A stretch of 64,000 bases of DNA from an uncultured Alphaproteobacteria bacterium. GTDB lineage: Bacteria > Pseudomonadota > Alphaproteobacteria > Rhizobiales > Hyphomicrobiaceae. A program made the translations under genes and the position numbers. Below, piece by piece: positions 1 through 8,983 of the stretch; within the stretch, counting starts at the first letter, position 1, and the number at the start of each line of letters is the position of its first letter. The notes below the pieces were generated by a model. The model worked only from the letters and a program-made list of their open reading frames with translations, was not told the DNA's origin and searched no databases. Location: contig CAWJYN010000002.1 of NCBI GenBank assembly GCA_963847145.1, positions 17,810 to 81,809 on the forward strand, given 5' to 3'.

Positions 1-2051
1 TTCTCTCCATCTCAGCTGCCAACCTCGACGAATTCTATATGGTGCGCGCTGCCGGTGTTCACGGTCAGGTGGTTGCCGGAATCAATGTCAAGAGCCAGGA
101 TGGCTTGACGCCGGTTCAACAAATGGCGGCGATCAACGCGGCCGTAGCGCGGCTGGTTGCTGACAAACAGGCGTGCTGGCGGCAGCTCTGCACGGAAATG
201 ACGGCAGCTGGTTTGACCATCGTCGACGCTGAGGCGCTGCGCGCCCACGAGCGCAAATGGCTTGAGCGCGAGTTTTTGACGCGCATCTTCCCGGTGTTGA
301 CGCCAATCGCCGTCGATCCGGCGCATCCATTCCCGTTCATTCCCAATCTTGGCTTCGTGCTTGGCGTCGAGCTGGTCCGCGAGAGTGATGCCAAGACCAT
401 GCATGCACTGCTGCCGATCCCCAGCCAACTCGCGCGCTTCATCAGGCTGCCAGGCGGCGAGGGGGCCGGCGAAGGCTCCCGCGAGATCCGTTTCGTGCGC
501 ATCGAGACGGTGGTCGCATTTTTCATTATGCGTTTGTTTCCAGGTTTCAAGCCTCGAGGGCAAGGGGCGTTCCGCGTGTTGCGCGACAGCGATCTTGAAG
601 TCCAAGAAGAAGCTGAAGACCTCGTGCGCTCGTTTGAGAGTGCGCTCAAGCGCCGCCGGCGCGGGCACGTGATCCGGCTTGAGATCGATGGCGCGATGCC
701 CGAACGGCTCATGAAGTTCGTCATCGACGAACTCGAAGTAAAAGAGGACGACGTATTTGTGAAAGAGGGCCTGCTTGGCCTCTCCGACACATCGCAGCTG
801 ATCGTCACCGATCGCCCTGACCTGACATTCCGCGCTTTCAACATCCGGTTCCCGGAACGCATCCGCGAGTTCAACGGTGATTGCTTTGCGGCGGTCGGCA
901 AGAAGGACATCGTTGTCCATCACCCGTACGAGAGCTTCGATGTGGTGCTGCAGTTTCTGCGCCAGGCGGTCGCCGACCCGAACGTGATGGCGATCAAGTG
1001 GACGCTATACCGCACCAGCAACGACAGCCCCATTGTGCTGCTCCTCAAGGAAGCCGCCGAAATGGGCAAGTCGGTGACCGCCGTCGTTGAGCTTCGTGCA
1101 CGCTTTGATGAGGCAGCCAACATCCGCTGGGCGCGCGATCTGGAAAGTGCAGGCGTGCATGTGGTCTATGGCTTCATCGAGCTGAAGACGCATGCCAAAA
1201 TGGGTCTCGTGGTGCGCCGGGAAGGCACCGAGCTTGCCACCTACAGCCACATGGGAACCGGTAACTACCACCCGCAGACAGCCAAGGTCTATACCGACTT
1301 GTCGTTCTTTACCGCCGACGCTGCTGTTGGCCGCGACGTGACGCGCATTTTCAACTTCGTCACCGGCTACGCCGAGCCGGCCGAACTAGAGACGCTGGCA
1401 GCCAGTCCGCGCGGAATTCGGGCGCGCATGCTGAGCCACATCCGTGCTGAGATCGCGCACAAAGAGGCCGGTCGTCCGGCGGCCATCTGGCTTAAGATGA
1501 ATTCGCTGGTCGATGCGGAGATCATTGAAACGCTGTATGCGGCAAGCCAGGCCGGTGTCGATATTGAACTGGTCGTGCGGGGAATTTGTTGTTTGCGGCC
1601 GGGTGTTCCCGGCATGAGCGATCGTATCCGCGTCAAAAGCATCGTTGGCCGCTTTCTGGAGCACGGGCGCATCTATTGCTTCGGCAATGGGCATGGCTTG
1701 CCGTCGGAGCAAGCCCTGGTCTACATCAGCTCAGCGGATATGATGCCGCGCAATCTCGATCGCCGCGTTGAGGTGATGGTGCCGATCAAAAACCCGACCG
1801 TGCACGCGCAAATCCTCGACCAGATCATGGTGGCCTGCCTCAATGACAACCAACAAAGCTGGTCGATCGCGTCCGATGGCAGTGCAACGCGCGTCGAGCC
1901 TGCCCCTGGAGAGGCACTGTTTAATGCCCATCAGTACTTCATGACCAATCCAAGCCTGTCTGGCCGTGGGAAGTCATTGAAGGAGAGCTTCCCGCCACGC
2001 TTCGAGAGTTCCGCCCGCCGGGCAGTTACGAAATCGCCGACGAAGTCCTGA
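1..2051 (+). CDS. ppk: polyphosphate kinase 1, 5' partial (frame open to window edge)
   Basis: ORF 39..2051; the same frame stays open back to nt 3 ([18 protein letters not shown]). PPK1-like throughout, including C-terminal PLD-like segments ([26 protein letters not shown]). Followed by ppx as in the classic ppk-ppx pair. Confidence 0.9.
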   Translation, partial: LSISAANLDEFYMVRAAGVHGQVVAGINVKSQDGLTPVQQMAAINAAVARLVADKQACWRQLCTEMTAAGLTIVDAEALRAHERKWLEREFLTRIFPVLTPIAVDPAHPFPFIPNLGFVLGVELVRESDAKTMHALLPIPSQLARFIRLPGGEGAGEGSREIRFVRIETVVAFFIMRLFPGFKPRGQGAFRVLRDSDLEVQEEAEDLVRSFESALKRRRRGHVIRLEIDGAMPERLMKFVIDELEVKEDDVFVKEGLLGLSDTSQLIVTDRPDLTFRAFNIRFPERIREFNGDCFAAVGKKDIVVHHPYESFDVVLQFLRQAVADPNVMAIKWTLYRTSNDSPIVLLLKEAAEMGKSVTAVVELRARFDEAANIRWARDLESAGVHVVYGFIELKTHAKMGLVVRREGTELATYSHMGTGNYHPQTAKVYTDLSFFTADAAVGRDVTRIFNFVTGYAEPAELETLAASPRGIRARMLSHIRAEIAHKEAGRPAAIWLKMNSLVDAEIIETLYAASQAGVDIELVVRGICCLRPGVPGMSDRIRVKSIVGRFLEHGRIYCFGNGHGLPSEQALVYISSADMMPRNLDRRVEVMVPIKNPTVHAQILDQIMVACLNDNQQSWSIASDGSATRVEPAPGEALFNAHQYFMTNPSLSGRGKSLKESFPPRFESSARRAVTKSPTKS

Positions 2052-2080
2052 ATACTAATCCTCGAACAGAAGAACCCAGC

Positions 2081-3631
2081 GTGCGAGTGCCCTCCGCCAG
2101 CCGTTTTGACAGTGATCGCTCCCGTTCGGGCGAACTTGAACCTATGGCAGTTGTCGATATCGGTTCGAATTCAGTGCGTCTTGTGGTTTACGAGGGCGCA
2201 GTGCGCGCACCGACTGCGTTGTTCAACGAAAAGGTGCTGGCGGGCCTTGGGCGCTCCATCGCTTCAAAAGGCGCGTTGGATGAAGACGCCATCGCACGGA
2301 CACTGGAGGGGCTGGCGCGCTTCAGTGCGATACTACGAGTTCTTGGGGTCAAGAACGTGCGTGCGATCGCCACGGCGGCGTGTCGCGAGGCCCGCAACGG
2401 CGCGCAGTTCATAGCGCGCGCCGAGAAGGCATTGGGTGCCAAGATCGATGTACTATCGGGCGCACAAGAGGCTGAGCTGGCGGCCAATGGGGTCATGATG
2501 GGCTTTGAGGCGCCGGATGGTATCGCTGGCGATCTCGGTGGCGGGTCGCTTGAGCTGATCGATATCGCCGGCAAGACGCTCCGGCATGCGACAACTCTGC
2601 CACTGGGATCGTTGCGCTTGTTGGATTCCTCGGGCGGCCGCATCGACAAAGCGCTGAGCTTTACCGACGACGAGATCGCTGGCGTGCCTTGGATTGGGAA
2701 GGGAGCCGGCCGGACATTTTACGCGGTCGGTGGCACCTGGCGCGCCTTCGCCAAACTGCATATGGCTGCCCGCGACTATCCCCTGCACATGATGCAAGGG
2801 TATGCACTGCCGGCCGCCGAGGCGATCGATTTCTGCGAGCAGATTCGGAAGTCCAAGAAACTGGCCGGAGTTGCGGCCGGCCACACAGTTTCCAAAGCAC
2901 GGCGCGAGGTGTTGCCGTACGGTGCGCTGGTGCTGGAACGGTTGCTGCGCAAGCTCAAGCCGCGCGACGTAGTGTTTTCGGTTTTTGGCGTGCGCGAAGG
3001 ACTAGTCTACAAACTCCTGTCCCGAATTGAGCAGGATCGGGACCCGCTGATCGCGTTTGCCACCGACTATGCCATGCTGCGGTCACGCTCGTTCAAGCAC
3101 TCCCAAGAACTCTGCACGTGGACGGACGCATTATTCGCGCCTGGTGGACCAAGTGAAACTTCGGTCGAGCGGCGGCTCAGACATGCGGCTTGTCTGCTCT
3201 CAGACGTAGCCTGGCGGGCGCATCCCGACTACCGGGGCGAGCAGAGCCTGGTGGGTGTTGCTTATTCAGCGATGGCTGGCATCGACCATCCCGGCCGTGT
3301 CTTTCTTGCCATGGCCAGCTACTACCGCCATGCTGGCCCCGGCGGTAAAGACGACGAAGTCGCCGAACTATCGACCCAACTGGCGCCGCTGCTGCCAGGG
3401 CGGTTACTGGAGCGGGCCAAGATCGCGGGCGCAGCGGTTCGGGCGGCCCACATGCTATCAATCGGCCGCCCAGGCATTATCGACGAAGTGCCATTGAGTT
3501 ACGAAAAGGACCGGCTTGTGGTCGCCGTGCCCAAATCGTATGCCGCCCTCAATGGCGACCGGCTGCAACGGCGCTTTGTGACGCTGGCGTCCCTTTTGGG
3601 CAAAACTGCTGAAGTGCGGATAGTCCCCTGA
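2081..3631 (+). CDS. ppx: exopolyphosphatase, Ppx/GppA family
   Basis: Has Ppx/GppA actin-like ATPase motifs AVVDIGSNSVRLVVYE and DLGGGSLEL. Start is uncertain: GTG 2081 or ATG 2144. Confidence 0.85.
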   Translation: MRVPSASRFDSDRSRSGELEPMAVVDIGSNSVRLVVYEGAVRAPTALFNEKVLAGLGRSIASKGALDEDAIARTLEGLARFSAILRVLGVKNVRAIATAACREARNGAQFIARAEKALGAKIDVLSGAQEAELAANGVMMGFEAPDGIAGDLGGGSLELIDIAGKTLRHATTLPLGSLRLLDSSGGRIDKALSFTDDEIAGVPWIGKGAGRTFYAVGGTWRAFAKLHMAARDYPLHMMQGYALPAAEAIDFCEQIRKSKKLAGVAAGHTVSKARREVLPYGALVLERLLRKLKPRDVVFSVFGVREGLVYKLLSRIEQDRDPLIAFATDYAMLRSRSFKHSQELCTWTDALFAPGGPSETSVERRLRHAACLLSDVAWRAHPDYRGEQSLVGVAYSAMAGIDHPGRVFLAMASYYRHAGPGGKDDEVAELSTQLAPLLPGRLLERAKIAGAAVRAAHMLSIGRPGIIDEVPLSYEKDRLVVAVPKSYAALNGDRLQRRFVTLASLLGKTAEVRIVP

Positions 3632-3722
3632 TTGGGCTCCGCCATGAACATGCCGCAAGATTTGCGGCGCGGTTTGGTGTAAAGTCCAGACGAATGAGAT
3701 GATAGCGAGCCGGCGCACAACC

Positions 3723-4616
3723 ATGGCTGACGACCTCTACAAGGAACTTGGCGTCGCGCGAGGAGCGTCAGATGATGACATTCGGCGTGCTTACCGCAAG
3801 CTCGCCAAGGAATTTCACCCGGACCTGAACCCGGCTAACCGGGTGGCCGCGGAAGCACGCATCAAAACGGTCAATGCCGCCTTCGCGATCCTTGGGGATG
3901 CAGAAAAGCGCCGCCAGTACGACGCCGGACTGATCGATGGCAACGGCGATCCCCGCCAGCGCACGCAGCGGACGTATGCGGGCGCCAGTCGGCCCGGTGC
4001 AGGCGGCGACGATTTCGGTTTTGGTGACATTTTTTCCGATCTGTTCGGCCGTGGCCGCGGCGGACCCGCCAGTGCATCGGGGCTACGCGGGCCCGATGTG
4101 CGCTACACGTTGGAAGTCGACTTTCTGGAAGCTGCCAACGGGGCTCGCAAGCGCGTCACCATGCCCGGCGGCGCAGCACTAGACCTGACGGTGCCGGAGG
4201 GTGTGACGGACGGGCAGGTGCTGCGTCTCAAGGGCAAAGGTGGCGAAGGTCCGCGAGGGGGCGAGGCTGGCGATGCGCTGGTAGAGATCAAGGTCCGGGC
4301 GCATGCCGAGTTCCGTCGCACCGGCGACGACATCCTTCTGACTGTCCCCGTGACGATCGACGAGGCGGTGCTGGGCGGCAAGATCGAGGTCGCCACGATC
4401 CACGGCCGCGTCGCCTTGACCATCCCGAAGGGTACCAGTTCCGGCCGCGCGTTTCGCATGAAGGGACGCGGCGTGCGGCCTGCACCGGGACAGACACCCG
4501 GCGACCAGATCGTCACCATCGCCATCGTCATGCCCGACGAGATCGACGACAAGCTGTCTTACTTCATGACGGAGTGGCGCCGCGACCACGCCTACGATCC
4601 TGGCCGGAAGGGCTGA
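3723..4616 (+). CDS. J-domain co-chaperone, CbpA/DnaJ-like, without Cys-rich zinc finger
   Basis: N-terminal J domain with HPD motif (YRKLAKEFHPDLNP), a G/F-rich linker and a DnaJ C-terminal beta-domain (DVRYTLEVDFLEAANG...). ATG at 3723. Confidence 0.8.
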   Translation: MADDLYKELGVARGASDDDIRRAYRKLAKEFHPDLNPANRVAAEARIKTVNAAFAILGDAEKRRQYDAGLIDGNGDPRQRTQRTYAGASRPGAGGDDFGFGDIFSDLFGRGRGGPASASGLRGPDVRYTLEVDFLEAANGARKRVTMPGGAALDLTVPEGVTDGQVLRLKGKGGEGPRGGEAGDALVEIKVRAHAEFRRTGDDILLTVPVTIDEAVLGGKIEVATIHGRVALTIPKGTSSGRAFRMKGRGVRPAPGQTPGDQIVTIAIVMPDEIDDKLSYFMTEWRRDHAYDPGRKG

Positions 4617-4710
4617 CGGCAAATAAATCCGGGCAAAACCGGCAAACGGCCTCTACAATTCATGCGACTCATTGGCACGCTCGACCTCTGATCTGGACAG
4701 GGGATCGCCG

Positions 4711-6456
4711 ATGCCTGTGGAAACGTCAAAACACACGGTGCGCACTTCGCTGGCTATGGCCGAGCGCGCCATCCGGCGGCGCTACGCGCGGTCACTGCAT
4801 CAGCGTGTCGCCTTTGATGCGCTGACGGAGCTATCCGGCCCAGACGCGGCGCGCTGGCGTCAGATGTTCCATAGCGAGGCAGCACTTCTGGCGTTGGGCG
4901 CCGACGCGCCGGATCAAGAGTTCCGCGATTTCAAGAACCACGTTCTATTCCCGCGTGACGGCTACTGGGGCGGCGCCATCGGCCGGGCCCAAAGCTGGTA
5001 TCAGAACCTTGTCGCAGCACTGTCGAAGCGGGAATGGAACAACGCTGCCTACTGCGCTGGTGTCCTATCCCACTATGTGACTGATGCGCTGCATCCGTTT
5101 CATACGGCGCAGTCCGAAGCCGAGAACGACATTCACTTTGCGTGTGATGTGGCGGTTCAGGTGGACTATGGGAACCTACGGACGCTTGCCGTCACAGCGG
5201 CGGCGCCGATCAAACTTGCGGATGGAGCGGGGTTTCTGGCACCGGCGATAGCTGCGGGCGCCGATGCAGCTAATCTTGCCTATGAAGGCCTGTTGGCGCA
5301 CTTTGATTTGAGCCGCGCGGTGGCAGACCCGGCAGCCGGGCTCGATGCCGTCGGGCGGCGGATTATGGCGGGCGTGTTGGCAGCGCAGGTTCAACTGCTG
5401 GCCGCGATCCTCAATCGGGCAATTCTTGACGCAGCATCGGAGGCACCGGCGAGCAGTCTTTGGCGGTCCGGACTGACGTCCGCGCTGATGTTGCCGTTGG
5501 TCCATCGGCGCATGCGCAGCCGCCTGTCCGAGGCGCGGCGGCAGATCGCGGTTATGTTCGACGAGGTCCGCGCCAACGGCCGTGCGCAAGCGTCCGTGCC
5601 CGATGAAGAGCGCGTGAAACGCGATCAGTATGCCCGGGATATTGTGGCCACGCGCGCTCCGGTCAACATCGGCAACGTGTTTCCGCTGGACGCACGGCGG
5701 ACCACCGTAGTTCTCCGGCCAACGGCTGTGAACACTGCCCCAGTGAGCGATGACGGTGACGATACGGGCGGCGAAGTCGTTGTCCTGCAGCGGCGGCGCG
5801 CGGTTATCGATCTGCCACGGCCGGCGCCCCGCTGGGTCAAACCCGATGCGGTTCGCAGCCGTGCTGACGTTCTCAAGTCTTCTGCTGCTCAGCCCACGGT
5901 CATGCCAATTCCCGTGGCGTCTCCTGAGCGGGCAACACAGGCCGCAGCGCCCGCAACCGCCGGTGTTGGTCATGCGGCGGCGGCCATGCTGCTGCCTGCG
6001 TCGACCGAGGGGCTCTCGAACTTCAGGGACCGCCGCCTGCAGCGGACCGAGGAGCCGGGCGGCACCATTCCCGGCGTCGGGCCGGTCGATGCGCTGATCC
6101 TGCGCGCCGCCGGAGTGGTCACAGCGGAGCGGTTTATCGCCGCCGACGCCGGTGAACTCAGCAGCCGGATCGGGCCATTGCCGGTGAACGCCGACACACT
6201 GCGCGGCTGGCAAGCACGGACCCGTCTCATGTTGGCGGTGCCGGGCTTAGCTGGCACTGAAGCCGACTTGCTGCTCGGCAGCGGCTACGCAACAGCGGCT
6301 GCAATCGCGGATGCCGACGCAGAGAAAGTTTGCGCCGACATCCTCGCGTTTGTGACGACGGAGGCCGGGCGGCAGGCACTCGCCGTCGGTTCGCCCCCTG
6401 ACGTGGCCAAAGTGCGGGCGATGGTCGAGGCCGCGCGCGCCGCGCAAGCGGCGTAA
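4711..6456 (+). CDS. hypothetical protein; N-terminal His-rich region resembling the zinc phospholipase C / P1 nuclease fold, C-terminal helix-hairpin-helix-like (DUF4332-like) modules
   Basis: 581-aa ORF (ATG 4711 after AGGGGA; TTG 4672 is an alternative start). Motif GVLSHYVTDALHPFH. Two C-terminal segments (VDALILRAAGVVTAERFIAADAGEL; LLLGSGYATAAAIADADAEKV). Domain calls are recollection only. Confidence 0.5.
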   Translation: MPVETSKHTVRTSLAMAERAIRRRYARSLHQRVAFDALTELSGPDAARWRQMFHSEAALLALGADAPDQEFRDFKNHVLFPRDGYWGGAIGRAQSWYQNLVAALSKREWNNAAYCAGVLSHYVTDALHPFHTAQSEAENDIHFACDVAVQVDYGNLRTLAVTAAAPIKLADGAGFLAPAIAAGADAANLAYEGLLAHFDLSRAVADPAAGLDAVGRRIMAGVLAAQVQLLAAILNRAILDAASEAPASSLWRSGLTSALMLPLVHRRMRSRLSEARRQIAVMFDEVRANGRAQASVPDEERVKRDQYARDIVATRAPVNIGNVFPLDARRTTVVLRPTAVNTAPVSDDGDDTGGEVVVLQRRRAVIDLPRPAPRWVKPDAVRSRADVLKSSAAQPTVMPIPVASPERATQAAAPATAGVGHAAAAMLLPASTEGLSNFRDRRLQRTEEPGGTIPGVGPVDALILRAAGVVTAERFIAADAGELSSRIGPLPVNADTLRGWQARTRLMLAVPGLAGTEADLLLGSGYATAAAIADADAEKVCADILAFVTTEAGRQALAVGSPPDVAKVRAMVEAARAAQAA

Positions 6457-6461
6457 CGCTG

Positions 6462-6653
6462 TCAGTAGCGCTGGATCTGGAGGCCAGTCCAGAACGTGGC
6501 GGCATTTTTGAAACGGGCGCCGTCGTTGTCTTTTTTGAACTTCAGCGGGGTGCCGAACAAGCCCATTTGGGTCGGCTTTGTTTGTGTGGATTTGGCCTCC
6601 GCAGCCGGAACACTCAAGGCAAGGATCGCAACAGCGGCAAGGATGCGGATCAT
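6462..6653 (-). CDS. small secreted protein (63 aa)
   Basis: Clear Sec-type signal peptide MIRILAAVAILALSVPAAEA followed by a Lys-rich mature part. No family recognised. Confidence 0.45.
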   Translation of the reverse strand: MIRILAAVAILALSVPAAEAKSTQTKPTQMGLFGTPLKFKKDNDGARFKNAATFWTGLQIQRY

Positions 6654-6891
6654 GATCGGCTCCTATTTCGATGAATGACTGAGGTCTGGATGCTTTGTCG
6701 CGGCAAGCATCATGAAGATGTGACGCGCCACCCTTGTGTGCGCGCAATAGTGCTGCGGCGGAAGGCGACCTCACCCAGCCGTGAGATGGTTTGACATGAC
6801 ATGGCTGCCGCCGGCAGGCGGACGCTAATCCGCCAGCAATTGAGCGCGGCAGCCTCTCGCATAAACGTGATGAGGGATTGATCGCGTGCGG

Positions 6892-7296
6892 CTAGTTCAC
6901 CACGCGGCGGCCTTCTGGACTGTCGAGCGAGAAGGCAGGAACCGCGACATCGAACATTTCGCCGTCCTCGTTGGTCATCTGAAAGCTGCCGACCATGATG
7001 CCGGATGGCGTCGAGAGCGGACATCCAGATGTGTAGCGGAACGACTCACCGGGTTTGAGTGTGGGAGTTTGCCCGACGACACCGGGGCCGCGCACTTCCT
7101 CGACCCTGCCGGTCTCGTCCGTGATGCGCCAAACGCGGGAGCGCAGTTGCACCGTTTCGCGGCTCTCGTTCTCGATGTCGATGGTGTAGGCCCAGAAATA
7201 GCGGCCTTCGTCCGGATCGGACTCGTCTGTCAGGTATTGCGGCAATACGCTGACCCGGATGCCGCGCGTGACGGCTTCGTAGCTGGAAGACGACAT
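6892..7296 (-). CDS. apaG: ApaG (DUF525) protein
   Basis: 134 aa from ATG 7296. Typical ApaG sequence: VSVLPQYLTDESDPDEGRYFWAYTIDIENESRETVQLRSRVWRITDETGRVEEVRGPGVVGQTPTLKPGESFRYTSG. Confidence 0.9.
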   Translation of the reverse strand: MSSSSYEAVTRGIRVSVLPQYLTDESDPDEGRYFWAYTIDIENESRETVQLRSRVWRITDETGRVEEVRGPGVVGQTPTLKPGESFRYTSGCPLSTPSGIMVGSFQMTNEDGEMFDVAVPAFSLDSPEGRRVVN

Positions 7297-7395
7297 GGGT
7301 TCGCTTCTCTGTGGGTGCGCGTTGATCTGATCTGATACCATGAACCACGCTGCCATGGTCAACAAAGCCTAGCGGCCTCTGTCATCTGGAGTCGC

Positions 7396-8023
7396 ATGCT
7401 GGACGCGCGCCCCAGACCCTGGATCGGCCCGCCGCTCAACCCGCTGGCGCAGCCGCTGGTGCGTGCCGGGGTTACGGCCGAGGCAGTGACCTGGGTGGGA
7501 TGCGGCTTGGGGCTGGCTAGCGCAGCGGCCGTTGCCGGGCATGCGCCAGAGCTGGGGCTGCTGCTGTTCACCCTCGGACGGCTCGCCGATGGGCTGGATG
7601 GCGCGGTGGCGCGCCGCGCAGGCCCGACCGACCGGGGGCGGGTTTCTGGATATTGTCAGCGACTTTCTGGTGTACGCAGCCATCCCGCTGGCGTTTGCGG
7701 TGGCCGATCCGGCTGCCAATGCGCTGGCGGCCGCAGCGATGCTCGCCGGTTTCATCGTAAGTGGTGTGGCGTTCCTCGCGATCGCAACAGGTGCCGCCAA
7801 GCGCGGCTTGGAGACCACAACGCAGGGCGCCAGATCGATCTACTACATGGCGGGACTGACCGAGGGCACCGAGACCATCGCCGTGTTCGCGGCGATGGTG
7901 CTGTGGCCGCCGTGGTATGCTGTTCTGGCGTGGGGCATTGCGGCGGTCTGTGCCGTTTCTGCCGTAGCCAGGATCGCGGCAGCAACTAAAGTGCTGCGGG
8001 AGGGGCAACTGCGCAAACGCTAG
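7396..8023 (+). pseudogene. CDP-alcohol phosphatidyltransferase family gene, interrupted by a frameshift (or assembly error)
   Basis: ORFs 7396..7989 and 7532..8023 overlap in different frames. The catalytic motif is split: DGLDGAVARRAGPTDRG is in the first frame and GFLDIVSDFLVYA in the second. The switch lies at the G-run 7634-7642 (gggggcggg). Confidence 0.75.
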
Positions 8024-8802
8024 ACCTTTTTGCGTGCCGCGATTTCTGCTGGTTCCGCAGCGTCGGTCCCGCGCCGCGTCATGCGCCTGGGGATCAGCAT
8101 CGACACGCGTTCCTTGTAGCGGCGGTAGTCGTCGCCGAACATCTCGACCAGATCGCGCTCTTCAAGCCAGATGCCGACGAAGATGTAGGCGGTGGTGACG
8201 GCTGCGAACAGCAGGTGCCCAACCGTCATCACCGGCGTCGCCCAGAAGGCAATGATGAAGCCGAGATAGATCGGATGGCGCACGAACTTGTAATAAAGCG
8301 GCGTGCGGAAGCGTGGCGCTGGCATGTCTTGGCCTGACAGATTGTTGGCGACCTGATGCAGCCCGAACAATTCGAAGTGATTGATCAGGAATGTGCTGGT
8401 CAGCACGATCAACCAACCGAGCAGCGACACTGCCGTCACCAGCATGGCAACATTTGAGTTTCTTATCTCCCAGATTACATCCGGTAGCGCCCGCCACTGC
8501 CAGAACAGCAACACCAACGCGAGGCTAGAGAGCGCCACATACGTGCTGCGCTCCACGGCCTTCGGCACGAATTGCGTCCACCATTGCTTGAACCCCTGGC
8601 GCGCCATCACGCTGTGCTGCAACGCGAACACCGCCATCAGCGCGAGGTTGACAGCCAGCGCCTCGGGCAGCGGCACAATGGTCCCGTTGTCAATTGTCTT
8701 GGGCACGTAGAGCCCGCCAACAAAGCCGATGGCATAGAGAAAAGTGACGAAGAAGAAGGCGTAGGACGCCACGCCGTAGCCGAATGCCAATAACCTGCCC
8801 AT
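8020..8802 (-). CDS. ICMT-family membrane methyltransferase (MddA-like candidate)
   Basis: 260 aa from ATG 8802, preceded by AGGAG. Multi-pass membrane protein with the C-terminal ICMT-type segment FVRHPIYLGFIIAFWATPVMTVGHLLFAAVTTAYIFVGIWLEERDL. The long 5' extension of the ORF (to 9075) is not protein-like. Confidence 0.7.
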   Translation of the reverse strand: MGRLLAFGYGVASYAFFFVTFLYAIGFVGGLYVPKTIDNGTIVPLPEALAVNLALMAVFALQHSVMARQGFKQWWTQFVPKAVERSTYVALSSLALVLLFWQWRALPDVIWEIRNSNVAMLVTAVSLLGWLIVLTSTFLINHFELFGLHQVANNLSGQDMPAPRFRTPLYYKFVRHPIYLGFIIAFWATPVMTVGHLLFAAVTTAYIFVGIWLEERDLVEMFGDDYRRYKERVSMLIPRRMTRRGTDAAEPAEIAARKKV

Positions 8803-8983
8803 AAGAATCTCCTGCTGTTCCGGGGGGAATAGATCGTCGTATTGGCCGATGGCATGTGTGGATGCGACGGACGGTTTAGTGCCATCGAGGTCCCCGCAGT
8901 ATGCAGCCGCTGGGCCGCAAAGACTTTGCCAAGCCCTTGATTTGTCCCCGACAAGCGCGTGAGTATCCCTTGAGATTGGCTCG

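Noticed and set aside
12-923. 303-aa ORF on the minus strand opposite ppk
   Set aside because: It is antisense to a well-supported PPK1 gene. Its Arg/Ala/His-rich, motif-free translation is typical of shadow ORFs in high-G+C DNA.
2161-2175. GGTTCGAAT, a tRNA T-arm-like string
   Set aside because: It lies inside the ppx coding frame (GSNSVRL), and no acceptor or anticodon arms can be drawn around it. No tRNA was found anywhere in the window.
6803-6854. Nested GC hairpins downstream of apaG (outer stem GGCTGCCGC/GCGGCAGCC, inner GGCGGA/TCCGCC)
   Set aside because: No U-tract on the relevant strand and no recognisable RNA family. Probably just a transcript-end or structural element, and not enough to call a feature.
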